Virus record (IMG/VR): IMGVR_UViG_3300035698_031273
Location: 32,001 to 96,000 of that record
Strand: one strand, 5' to 3'
Length of the DNA stretch: 64,000 bases
Origin: a virus
This document shows positions 9,601 through 18,580 of this stretch, one piece after another. Both the position numbers and the translations under genes were made by a program. Positions within the stretch are counted from its first letter, which is position 1; every line of letters starts with the position of its first letter. Under the pieces are notes generated by a model that worked only from the letters and a program-made list of their open reading frames with translations, was not told the DNA's origin and ran no database searches.

Positions 9601-10490
9601 GGTCTTTGCAGGACTATACCGATAGGGGAAAACGACTTAGAACACAAACGAGCTATTTTGTTTGTGGAGATGCAGAGGATACATTTTTTTTACAAGAGAT
9701 AGGTATATCTCAAGAAAGACAAGATGCTGGTCTATCACAGAGATTTGTATATATGGGTAATGAATCACAAATGGATAAACCTTTTGAGGAAAGTAGATAT
9801 GCTGCTTATAAAGATAAGCACGGAAGAGTAAAATTATATTTTACTACAGAAGGAAAATTAAATATAAAAATAAGTTCTAATTTTCTTACTTGGTCTTATG
9901 CTGGTAAAGATATAGTTTTTCACAGGAATTTCTTTCCTAGTGATGGTAGTATAACTCAGGTTGATTTAAGTGATACTGAAATAAATAATATTCAGACAAT
10001 TTATAATGAATACTCAGATGTAGTTTCAATAGTTTATTTCCATGATAATATGATGTTTTTAAGAAGTTTTCCTAATCATTTAATAGTAGCAAATTATGTG
10101 AATGATCAGTTAGATGCTGAGATTATTACTAATTTTATTAATATCAATAGGGATAATTTTGATGATATTCCGATATTTCTTACGGGTAGATTATCTGATG
10201 AAATTCAATCATCATATACTATTGTTAGAGGAAAAATTGATTCTGGAGCAGTAGTTAAAGAAGCATATTTAGATAGTAATTCATCTATTATGGTACCTTA
10301 TCCAATTGATGAACTATCCGGTTTTTCCGGATTGTTGGATGTAGATACAGAGGTACAGCCATTTGGATTTATAAATGAAACAGGTGCTATAAGATTATTT
10401 TATATGGATTCTGAGGGGAACGTTCAAGGAATGTTAATTATGGCTGGTAAATATCCAACATTGGATGTTAAAATGGAAAATGCTTTATGA
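6624..10490 (+). CDS. Large putative tail-tip/baseplate protein with C-terminal Asp-box propeller-like region
   Basis: 1288 aa directly after TMP; acidic and beta-rich; ISYDNGLSW Asp-box motif. Confidence 0.55.
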   Translation: MAIVCKAEGFLAYNSSDLIPDGYIWPILNKEHPVGGVRQNDLDNPDEGVSFTYERDADGNVTGIIEKRKQLPCSSINIECIFGKQMTNQGGTLVEPGTFFGTPAGSIIAGSLLTGVMTGAPSQGTSNFIFHICATETRFNVPVKITEEILQTGIFELPYYPMSVFAVVKEFVDPNDETDTVPHGLKFTDAQLSQLGLSETRRQYFKIKGVTDYKGRFGGVYGSAAGQPPQYGTPEAVDSISPDLFLEIIRDNRKLKFRGDNPDGGVISGLPVASTTQNDITDKKIKINTDGLTEEDLGKKLYITMCLGRDRYVRHVVSHRGNAINAGSVGGSGTAGIFSIGFVVDAWNYQLCQWMVPKGDPSFNDSDSEFKVPYSSFPAPVTGETLASRVGESDSYDVIEGWRLSEGITYKTSKMWAADKRGIILITIEHGQVKQATDTIIFPRDQIRDQNWFDNYLKENNLEQENISLFSVQDVTGILYDISDINNTLLYDQEKIPYYRPFALALQNVSKYSTDDSQSGVGIVNLDIVNNNLQVDGSFYDLSNSLFKSTPMSSYLASDSTAGEMGYSGFGCTFIDDKGSYFAGSNPSNQTTFSLYVPTGFIIESDWRLFSPEFYGKFSNKTRIYVEDFSGDVTSQLSNLFVKTTPIIEGAISVDHNYFRDAILVFEDNKLNECISFQYFPRRSYKKIRNRLTYNKNLSHNVLPFNHHDFLGVGYDRLIGTIPSYSVGRPASVDYFYACNPHLSGTSYDEIYTKKVLVDEGQVNYIAPDKISIDIDEIDLFRSLQITYYCHNVVNLSEDQKNISLQFTSTNTVINNVYMPFSMSTSSFPNLLIIDCRFYRGGPIILEGEILRYVTIQKIEAITMEQNTFFKYKVDGKQPSMIYSGDNKIAVLYSDKMNNLSITISYDNGLSWFNYQGIIRLAKGETASLPYIVHDDVMSFIHLFYVLNNKFLMYRQVNLNDLVCEDSFLTYNPPDLIGPNISDDEIQGINLDGSLQDYTDRGKRLRTQTSYFVCGDAEDTFFLQEIGISQERQDAGLSQRFVYMGNESQMDKPFEESRYAAYKDKHGRVKLYFTTEGKLNIKISSNFLTWSYAGKDIVFHRNFFPSDGSITQVDLSDTEINNIQTIYNEYSDVVSIVYFHDNMMFLRSFPNHLIVANYVNDQLDAEIITNFININRDNFDDIPIFLTGRLSDEIQSSYTIVRGKIDSGAVVKEAYLDSNSSIMVPYPIDELSGFSGLLDVDTEVQPFGFINETGAIRLFYMDSEGNVQGMLIMAGKYPTLDVKMENAL

Positions 10491-13400
10491 AAATAGCTAC
10501 TGATGGAAATATAAGAAATATACCTAAAATAAAATATCCTGGTCCAGGAGATTTTAAAGATGTAGAAAATCCTGTTTCTGCTATAAATACAGGTATAGTT
10601 GCTTTAAAATGTATTATTAATGGAATTAGTCCTTTTGAAAGAAGTTCTCGTGAAGATGATGCTTTAGTTTTTAATAATAATACTTTTAGTGAAGAAAGAT
10701 TACAATATTATCCAGATATTCCCCCTAATTCTGTTCAAACAATACAGGGTCTGGAGGGAATTACATTAATGCCTAAATATGTATTTAGGCATAATTATTT
10801 ACAATGTACTCCAAGTAAATTTGCTGTAGTAGCAAATGCTAAATGGGAGGAATTAAAAGGAAGTGATAAGGCATATCAAGTAAAATATATGGAGGAACAA
10901 ACATGGCTTATAAGACCAGGTTTGTTTGATAGTGATTTTATTCGTATTGATAAGTATGGCAATACTATCTCATTAGATTGTGTTTCTGAACAAATATGGC
11001 AATATGTGGCAGCTCAATTACCAGATAATTCTGATGATATTGATAAAAATAATGATGGGTCTGCTAATTCTCGTGTAAGTTTGGACCAATGGACAGAACA
11101 ATATAGTACTAGGATTATGCAACCAGCTAGTAGTAATAGTTTAGATGAGCAAACAGTAGAAATTCAATATCCCGTACAAATATCTTCTTCTAATTGTCAG
11201 GGAGTTGGAGTTCATTGGGGGCTAAAGAAAAAGACACCTTTATTTAAGGGAGAAGATTTTTTTATTCAATTTAGAAAAGTATCACTTGCTGAAGATATTC
11301 CTTCTTTAACCAAAGATGACTCAGAAAGAAGATTTTCTTATTATAATAGTGATTATAAAATTTTAGACGTAAATAGAGTAAGTGATTTATCTTGGTTGCC
11401 AGAATTAGAAACTTATATTTATGATAATCAGGGAGTTTTGGGAGTTTCTTATAGATACGATGAATATGGTGTTCAAAATGTTGAAATTACTGATAAAAAA
11501 ACTTTAAATTTTTCTAATCAAGCTTATTATATTGTGGAAATAGGTGATTTTCAATCTGATCCTGAGAATCATTATTTCATTGTTATTTGTCAAAATTCTG
11601 TTCCACTATGTTTAACAGTAGAAGACAAAGAAGTTTTAGATGTTTTTGGACAAGAAGGTATACTTAGGTTTTCTAGAGTTTTGAGTACATGTAATGGAAG
11701 TATGATACGTCTTGGGGAGGAAAGTTCTGGTACTAAAATAAGGGGTGCAGATTTAATTAATACAGAAGTTTTAATGATGACTGTTAGAAATTATTTAGGA
11801 AAGTTGATGATAACCTTTAATGGAAAGGGTTTTGAAACAACACCTTGGGTAATTGATCGTACTGATTTAGGAGTAGATGGTAGTAGTAAAGTTAAAATAG
11901 TTAATGTTCCTCATTCTACAATTTCTGTTTTTGGAGGAAATATTAATTCAGGTGTTTTATTTGGTCCTTTACAATATCAAAAAAAAGTAAGTTTTCGTCA
12001 TCCTTCTCAATTAATGAGATATAAAAATACTGTTGGAATAAATAACGAGTCATTTTCTTTACCTTCTCAGTCTAATTTTCATAATCTTTATTTAAGAATA
12101 AATGATATTGGAGAACCTGTTCCCAGTCTTATTAATACTGGAGAAGTTATTTTTGGTAACAACGATCCGTATAAACCATATTTTACACAAGATGCTCAAG
12201 TTTTTAGAGAACACTTAAAAGATGAAAATAATATATGGAATTGGGGAAATTTTTTCGGAGAAGAATCATTAAGGGAAATGTTACCTCCTATTTCTTATTA
12301 TGTTAAATTATTTGATAATGCTATGACAGGTGAGTTTAGAAAGGCTTTTCAGGCTTGGTATTATTCTCTTAATTATTCTGAAATTAAAGTTGATAAATAT
12401 AATATTTCTATAGACGCAAGTAATCGGCGTCAGTATTTTTTTACAGAAATAAAATTATTAGCAGGAGATCATTTATTTGGTAGTCAAGATGTTTTGCCTT
12501 CTGGTGTTGTTCGTAAAAACGAGAATAATAATCTTCCTTATGTTAATATGTGGGCTTTACAATCTTGTAAACCACCCATCCTAACGATGATTAGGTTGGT
12601 TGCTGATTCTAACCCAACTCCCAGATGGCAGACAGAGATAGTAGATGCCAGTAATCATGTTCTTAGTTTTAATGAAACATGGAGCACCACAGACTTTACT
12701 TCGTTGGAACATAAAGGATCAATTAAATTTTTAGTAAACGAAGGTATGTATATGGATGAATGGGATCAAGGTTATGTCACAGAGAGATTATTATCTCTTA
12801 GAGACAAAACTTTTTATGTTGAAATATGGGGTGGTTACGAAGCACAAGTTGGTGATTCATCTAATGATCTTGATAGATGTAATTATCCACAAATGCCAGG
12901 TTTATATAAATTATTTACAGGTATTTGTAGTGGGGGAACTATTACTAGGTCTTATGGGCAGAGGGTAATGGACTGTGTTTTGGAGGACTATTCAAAAGTT
13001 CTTAAAGATCAAAGATTTTTTAATAGTCCTTTTTTTGATGGAGTTAGGGATGTTAATGCTGTAAATCAAATTTTAGATATGGCAGGTTTTCGTTCAGATA
13101 TGATTCCGTGGAATATTGTTCTTTCCGATGGAACTCCATTAACTTTGCAGAATTATGGTCCCAGAATAATATTAGATAATTTAGCTTCTACTCCAGCTAA
13201 TTACCAAATGAATCTTATTTTTCCTGATAATAGAATAGCTTATTCTTTACCATATGCTTTGCCAAGTTCTTACGCCCGTTTAACACAACCATTTTACAAA
13301 TTTAAAGCTGGTAGTGATACTTTTCATGATGGTATTGCGAAGATATCTAAAACAGGGGGAAAAATATTTTTCTTTGACCAGTTTGGTATTGCTCACTTTG

Positions 13401-13969
13401 AAAATTATTTTGATCATTATCAGGATATAGTTTTAACCGGAGGGACAGTTGATTTAAGTGAGATTGCTTTTTTGTATTCAACTAATCCAGATACTTATGC
13501 TGGACAATTAATATTTAAAGGAATGACAGTAAACCACGATGTGTCTTCTGCATATAATCATATTAAATTATTAACAAATACTCCTAATTTCACTCCTGTT
13601 TGGATGGATAATGTTAATTGGGATTCATTTGATAATCCTGAGTCAGAAGGATTTCTTGGTTATTTAAAGTTATTTTATCAGGCAGAAGGTGTAATTGGGG
13701 ATGAAGCTGCTGCAGCACGTTTGTTGGAATTTTATAGTATACAAATGTTTAAACCTCCTGTTGTAGTTAATTTTGAAAGTTATGGTCAGCCCGTTAGAGC
13801 TTTAGATATTATTGGATTAAATTATGTTCCATTAAGGGTAATGAAGGTAGAATCTACTATGGAGCCTCAAAAAAATATATGGTGGCAGACATTAGAGTGT
13901 GAGTGGACTAGTGTTGCTGACTATTATAATCTTTTAACAGCTAGAAATCCACTTATCACGGAGGTTTAA
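10487..13969 (+). CDS. Baseplate hub / Tal (gp27-like) protein with long N-terminal extension
   Basis: The C-terminal third shows hub-type motifs LFTGI...DCVLEDYSKVL, KIFFFDQFGIAHF, AYNHIKL and GQPVRALDIIGL...RVMKVESTM...WQTLECEW. ATGA overlap with the upstream gene. Confidence 0.65.
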   Translation: MKIATDGNIRNIPKIKYPGPGDFKDVENPVSAINTGIVALKCIINGISPFERSSREDDALVFNNNTFSEERLQYYPDIPPNSVQTIQGLEGITLMPKYVFRHNYLQCTPSKFAVVANAKWEELKGSDKAYQVKYMEEQTWLIRPGLFDSDFIRIDKYGNTISLDCVSEQIWQYVAAQLPDNSDDIDKNNDGSANSRVSLDQWTEQYSTRIMQPASSNSLDEQTVEIQYPVQISSSNCQGVGVHWGLKKKTPLFKGEDFFIQFRKVSLAEDIPSLTKDDSERRFSYYNSDYKILDVNRVSDLSWLPELETYIYDNQGVLGVSYRYDEYGVQNVEITDKKTLNFSNQAYYIVEIGDFQSDPENHYFIVICQNSVPLCLTVEDKEVLDVFGQEGILRFSRVLSTCNGSMIRLGEESSGTKIRGADLINTEVLMMTVRNYLGKLMITFNGKGFETTPWVIDRTDLGVDGSSKVKIVNVPHSTISVFGGNINSGVLFGPLQYQKKVSFRHPSQLMRYKNTVGINNESFSLPSQSNFHNLYLRINDIGEPVPSLINTGEVIFGNNDPYKPYFTQDAQVFREHLKDENNIWNWGNFFGEESLREMLPPISYYVKLFDNAMTGEFRKAFQAWYYSLNYSEIKVDKYNISIDASNRRQYFFTEIKLLAGDHLFGSQDVLPSGVVRKNENNNLPYVNMWALQSCKPPILTMIRLVADSNPTPRWQTEIVDASNHVLSFNETWSTTDFTSLEHKGSIKFLVNEGMYMDEWDQGYVTERLLSLRDKTFYVEIWGGYEAQVGDSSNDLDRCNYPQMPGLYKLFTGICSGGTITRSYGQRVMDCVLEDYSKVLKDQRFFNSPFFDGVRDVNAVNQILDMAGFRSDMIPWNIVLSDGTPLTLQNYGPRIILDNLASTPANYQMNLIFPDNRIAYSLPYALPSSYARLTQPFYKFKAGSDTFHDGIAKISKTGGKIFFFDQFGIAHFENYFDHYQDIVLTGGTVDLSEIAFLYSTNPDTYAGQLIFKGMTVNHDVSSAYNHIKLLTNTPNFTPVWMDNVNWDSFDNPESEGFLGYLKLFYQAEGVIGDEAAAARLLEFYSIQMFKPPVVVNFESYGQPVRALDIIGLNYVPLRVMKVESTMEPQKNIWWQTLECEWTSVADYYNLLTARNPLITEV

Positions 13970-13970
13970 T

Positions 13971-14201
13971 TTGAATACATCAAAAAATAATGTTCGTTTG
14001 TCAGAATTAGAAAAAGGCATACAGAAAATGATTGATTATAGAATGAGAACCAATCAAAGCAATTATGATTTTGTCAGGGATCGTAATGGAATATTTAATT
14101 CTGGAGCCTTTCAATTAAATAATTTTGGAGGGACATCGAATTATGCGTCGTTTGGTGGAGGACGTAAACGTGTAGGGGAAAAATATATTGTTGGAAAATA
14201 A
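13971..14201 (+). CDS. Small hypothetical tail-tip protein
   Basis: 76 aa, TTG start with GGAGG RBS, directly after the hub gene. Confidence 0.6.
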   Translation: MNTSKNNVRLSELEKGIQKMIDYRMRTNQSNYDFVRDRNGIFNSGAFQLNNFGGTSNYASFGGGRKRVGEKYIVGK

Positions 14202-14236
14202 ATTTATAAATCGTAATTTTAGGAGTAATAAATAAA

Positions 14237-17200
14237 ATGGGTACTACCCAATTCTATGCGATGGCCTACTTCGATTTTGGTGATGATCTATCAACTCCTT
14301 TAAATGTACAAAAGGAAATTGATCGTTTTGTTCTTATAGATAAACAAATATATGCTTTATATAATGTTTTTGGAAATGGAGTTATTAGTGGATGGGAAGT
14401 CTCAGACGGGGGATATTCTAATGAAACAGGTATTGCTGTTATTATCTCTCCTGGTATTGGTATAATAAAATATTTAGCTGCTGAAACTACTTTTACTAAT
14501 AATGTTGACGGGTTGCCTCCTAATAGTATTTTCCATTTATATGCAGTTCTACAAGGAAAAACAGTTCAGAATAGGCTTATTAATTTTGCTATTTCATCAA
14601 GTAATATTGACAATGATTCATCTTTGAAGTTGGCTACCATTACAACAGGAGATAATGCTGTAGCCACTATAGACAATACGGTTAGAGATTTAATTAGCTT
14701 TGATGAAGTAATTAGAGAACAAATAGATGCTCATAAACATAGGGGCAGTCCTACTAAAATAGATTTGCAAAATGAAGTTAAGAATCAGTTGCCTGGGGCT
14801 AGAATAGAAGGTATAGATGCTTCTAAAATTGTTAGTGGAACATTTGACCTTGAAAGACTTCCTTCTATTGATCATAATGATCTTGAAAACAATGGTATAT
14901 TAACACATGCTGCACTTGATACTTTATCTAGGTCTTTAACTCAAAGCAATAAAGAGTTATTAGGGGAAATAGCCAGTATAAATCTTTTTAAACAACTTAT
15001 TTTTTTGAAATATAAATTTGATGTACATAATACAGCTTATGTTATTGATGAACATTTTGTCAATGAATTTGTTATTATTCCTGGAATCACTCCCGATGCT
15101 TATATTGATTTTTCTGCCAGTACTGCTCAGATAAATTTACAAGAACATTGTATTAGTGGTAAACCGGCAAAGATAGGTACATTTACATCTATTTATTGGG
15201 ATTCTCAACAATCTTTTGAAGGAGCGGAAAGTTATAGTGATGTTATTATTTCAGGTGGTCAGGTTTCGTTATCTAGAGACTATACAGTAGTAGATATAAT
15301 AGAAAATTTTGAAGAAGCCACTAGACCAGGTCAACCTATCCCTGGTTTTACTAAATCAGTTGTTATTTTAAATGATGATTCAGAGATTGTTGCTGAAGGA
15401 TCTGATGTGAATAAGATAGAAGGTTTTTATAGTGGTAGTTTTACATCTTCAGCCACTATTAGGAGTAACTTTACAAAGATATTTTCTACCCCTCGTAATT
15501 GGACTAATTATAATGAATTAGTTTTTGATATTAAATGTTCTATTACTTCCCATCAACCAGTTTATGGGTATTTTGTTTATGTAGATGGAAATGGAACAGA
15601 ACATAATAGAGAATTTACTATTTTATCAACTAATCAAACGACGTTTAATGAAGATCCTGCTAAAAATAATTTTGAAACGGTTGTGGTGGACATATCATTT
15701 TGGGACAGATCTAATATTACTAAAGTAGTAATATATACTGATGAAAATGATGAAAATTTTGTTTTTTATCTAGACAATATGTTTGTTCGTCGTGAAAATT
15801 TAGTGGTTTCAGAAGGTTTTATAAGATTAAGACATGAAGCACAAACTTCTGTTACTTTTTATTCTGTGATTTATAATGCTACTGTTCCTGACAATACAGG
15901 GATACAGGTTAGGGTTAGAGTAGCTAATTCTGTTGATTTATTAGATAGAGTAGGTTATTCTTTATCTCTTAATGATGGGGATATATTTGCAATAGTAGGG
16001 ACTGCAGCAGAAATCGAAATAAGATTAACTAGTAGTGATGGACAATCTACTCCTATTTTGGATTCTGTTGAATTAAGGATGTTGGTAGAAGCTACTTTTC
16101 ATGGTTTTGATATAAATACTGCTACTGAATGGAATAGGGGAGATAAACAAAATATTACTGTTTCAGAATCAGTTACTTCTTCATTAGATTCTGATCTAAG
16201 TATAAGTCCATATATTAATGTGGACGGATTATCTTTTTCCGTTAAAGATATAATTAGTGAAATAACTGATGAGGGTGTAGCAATTTATGGTATATCTGGT
16301 AAAAATATGCCTATTTCTCCTTTGCAAGCGGCTCATTGGGCTGATTATCCCGCGTATAAGTTTGATGATATACTTTCGGTTGTAAGAAAATATAATAAAC
16401 ATTTTTTAGTGGCAGATTCAAAAAATAATCGAGTTATTGAAGTAGATAAGGATGGTAATTTTATTCGTGGTTTTGCATCTACATATGTTAGTAGTGGCAA
16501 CTTCTACCCTTCTAACTCTTGCTATAAGTCTTCTAATGGTGTTTTAACAATTGTTTGTACTTCATCTTCTATAGTATCAGATATAACTAAAATAGTTCTA
16601 TATTTGAGTGGAGCACCTACAAAGTTAACATCCAATGAGATCGTTTTATCTACGAATAAAGGGCAAGGAAAAGTTATTGAGATACAACTTGGTAGTGTTT
16701 TGATGGCACAGTTGGCTGGGGTAAGTTCAGGACTTACTATAGATTTTGAAGTAGGAGCATTTAGTAGTGGAATTGAAAAAGATTTTAATGCAACTAAATT
16801 ATATGGATTATATGGCATAGAGTGTTTTATTGGTGATTATACTTATATGGATGGTATTAAAACTCCAGTTTTTGTTAATATTTTATCTTCAGATAATTGG
16901 GTTGTGTGTAATGCCGGTATACGTTATACAGAGGATGGAGAAGATATATCTTTTGAAAATCTTGGTGTAGAAGTTCCGTCAATTATTGAGTTTAAACCAT
17001 CTACATTGGAGACTGTTTTTACTACTGATAGAATTGGTTTTTCAGAATTTACATTGGGAAGTTTAGTGGAGATTAGTAGTACTCGGTGGGTGGTAGCAGC
17101 TTTGGGAAGTTTTGCTGGTGCTTTAGGTGCAGTTGTTCCCGATAGTAATATTTCTCATTTTAGATCTGCTGCTTTAGAGGCTCTAAAAGATTTTAGATCA

Positions 17201-17458
17201 GGAATATTTATTATTGATAAACCATCTGATGTTCCTAAACTTCAATATACAGCCCCAGATGGTCTTTATATTTCTGATATTTCTAGGGCATCAGACGGAA
17301 CGTTTTTGGCTGGTGAATCAGCTTTTGTTAATGCTAGTGGAAGACTTATTAAATTAGATTCTTTTTGGAATATAACCTGGATGTATGGAAATGGAACATT
17401 AAATGCTGTTAATGACGCTAAGATAATGTCTAATGGAAATGTGATTGTAAGTGTTTAG
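14237..17458 (+). CDS. Tail fibre/upper-baseplate-like protein (paralog of 37768)
   Basis: 1073 aa. N-terminal GNGVISGW anchoring-type domain, HKH motif, DASKIVSGTFDLERLP fibre-type motif, beta-sandwiches, NHL-like repeats (LVADSKNNRVIEVD). Confidence 0.65.
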   Translation: MGTTQFYAMAYFDFGDDLSTPLNVQKEIDRFVLIDKQIYALYNVFGNGVISGWEVSDGGYSNETGIAVIISPGIGIIKYLAAETTFTNNVDGLPPNSIFHLYAVLQGKTVQNRLINFAISSSNIDNDSSLKLATITTGDNAVATIDNTVRDLISFDEVIREQIDAHKHRGSPTKIDLQNEVKNQLPGARIEGIDASKIVSGTFDLERLPSIDHNDLENNGILTHAALDTLSRSLTQSNKELLGEIASINLFKQLIFLKYKFDVHNTAYVIDEHFVNEFVIIPGITPDAYIDFSASTAQINLQEHCISGKPAKIGTFTSIYWDSQQSFEGAESYSDVIISGGQVSLSRDYTVVDIIENFEEATRPGQPIPGFTKSVVILNDDSEIVAEGSDVNKIEGFYSGSFTSSATIRSNFTKIFSTPRNWTNYNELVFDIKCSITSHQPVYGYFVYVDGNGTEHNREFTILSTNQTTFNEDPAKNNFETVVVDISFWDRSNITKVVIYTDENDENFVFYLDNMFVRRENLVVSEGFIRLRHEAQTSVTFYSVIYNATVPDNTGIQVRVRVANSVDLLDRVGYSLSLNDGDIFAIVGTAAEIEIRLTSSDGQSTPILDSVELRMLVEATFHGFDINTATEWNRGDKQNITVSESVTSSLDSDLSISPYINVDGLSFSVKDIISEITDEGVAIYGISGKNMPISPLQAAHWADYPAYKFDDILSVVRKYNKHFLVADSKNNRVIEVDKDGNFIRGFASTYVSSGNFYPSNSCYKSSNGVLTIVCTSSSIVSDITKIVLYLSGAPTKLTSNEIVLSTNKGQGKVIEIQLGSVLMAQLAGVSSGLTIDFEVGAFSSGIEKDFNATKLYGLYGIECFIGDYTYMDGIKTPVFVNILSSDNWVVCNAGIRYTEDGEDISFENLGVEVPSIIEFKPSTLETVFTTDRIGFSEFTLGSLVEISSTRWVVAALGSFAGALGAVVPDSNISHFRSAALEALKDFRSGIFIIDKPSDVPKLQYTAPDGLYISDISRASDGTFLAGESAFVNASGRLIKLDSFWNITWMYGNGTLNAVNDAKIMSNGNVIVSV

Positions 17459-17479
17459 GTTTTATGACGAAACAAATTT

Positions 17480-18580
17480 ATGATAAAAACCAAGATACGC
17501 TACGCATGTTTTTTAAATCATACGGGATATAGTCAAGCAGCACAGGATTATATCTTAGCTTTATATAATAGTGGCAAATATGATATTAAAATAAATTTAT
17601 ATGGAAAGCACCCTTCTAAATTAGCTATATCTGAGAAAACAAATAAATTATTTAAAAATATGATAGATAAAGATGATAATGGTCGTAAAATACTTATATA
17701 TCATTGTATTCCACCTATGCAAAAAAGAGCTGCTTCTTCTAAAATAAATATTGGTTTTGGTACTTTTGAGACTTTTTCACCTCCAGATGATTGGGTGTCA
17801 ATTCTTAAAAGAAATACGGCAGTAATTTTTCCTTCTAGTTTTAATAAAAAAATATTTAGTAATTTTTTGTTTAAAAAACCATGTTTTCATATTCCTCATT
17901 GTGTGAATACTGAATTATATAATGATGCAGTTGAGCCTAAAATTAATTATGACAAATTCACATTTTTATTTATTGGTAGTTGGAGGCTACGAAAGGGTTA
18001 TTCTGCATTACTTGAGGCATATTTTTCTGAATTTGATGTTTCTGATAATGTGCAATTACTTATAAAGACCGATAAGTCAGACCAATCTGAAAAATATATT
18101 TGTGAGTTAAAACGTCAATACAAATTAAAAAGTAAAGGATTACCATCTATTATTTTTGAAAAAGATATATTGGATGAAACAAAAATGCCGGGATTTTTAA
18201 AATCTGCAAATTGTTTAATAATGCCGACAATGGGAGAAGGCTTCGGTTTACCAGGTTTGCAGTGCATGTCTCTTGGAGTACCTATAGTTATAACAAATTT
18301 TTCAGGGTGCCAAGACTATGCTAATAACGACAGGGCAACAATGTTGGAAATAGAGGGATATAGACAATTTTCTAATTTAGATAGGATACCTCAATTTTCC
18401 AATAAAAAATGGGCATTTGTTTCTGTGAGACAAATAAAAGAAAAGATGAGATTTGTGGTAAATAATTATGAACAGGTAGAAAATAAAGCTAAAAATGCCA
18501 TACCGTTTGTTCATAAAGAATTTAATTATAATATCACAGAAGAAAAATTTTCTAGTATGTTGGGAATGTTTTATGATTAA
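17480..18580 (+). CDS. Glycosyltransferase, GT-B fold family 4
   Basis: TGYSQAA N-terminal motif, FIGSWRLRKG, and EGFGLPGLQCMSLGVPIVIT signature. Confidence 0.9.
   Translation: MIKTKIRYACFLNHTGYSQAAQDYILALYNSGKYDIKINLYGKHPSKLAISEKTNKLFKNMIDKDDNGRKILIYHCIPPMQKRAASSKINIGFGTFETFSPPDDWVSILKRNTAVIFPSSFNKKIFSNFLFKKPCFHIPHCVNTELYNDAVEPKINYDKFTFLFIGSWRLRKGYSALLEAYFSEFDVSDNVQLLIKTDKSDQSEKYICELKRQYKLKSKGLPSIIFEKDILDETKMPGFLKSANCLIMPTMGEGFGLPGLQCMSLGVPIVITNFSGCQDYANNDRATMLEIEGYRQFSNLDRIPQFSNKKWAFVSVRQIKEKMRFVVNNYEQVENKAKNAIPFVHKEFNYNITEEKFSSMLGMFYD

Noticed and set aside
18495-18572. Start of the large ORF at 18495
   Set aside because: It would overlap the GT4 gene by 86 bp; ATG 18573 fits the coupling pattern.
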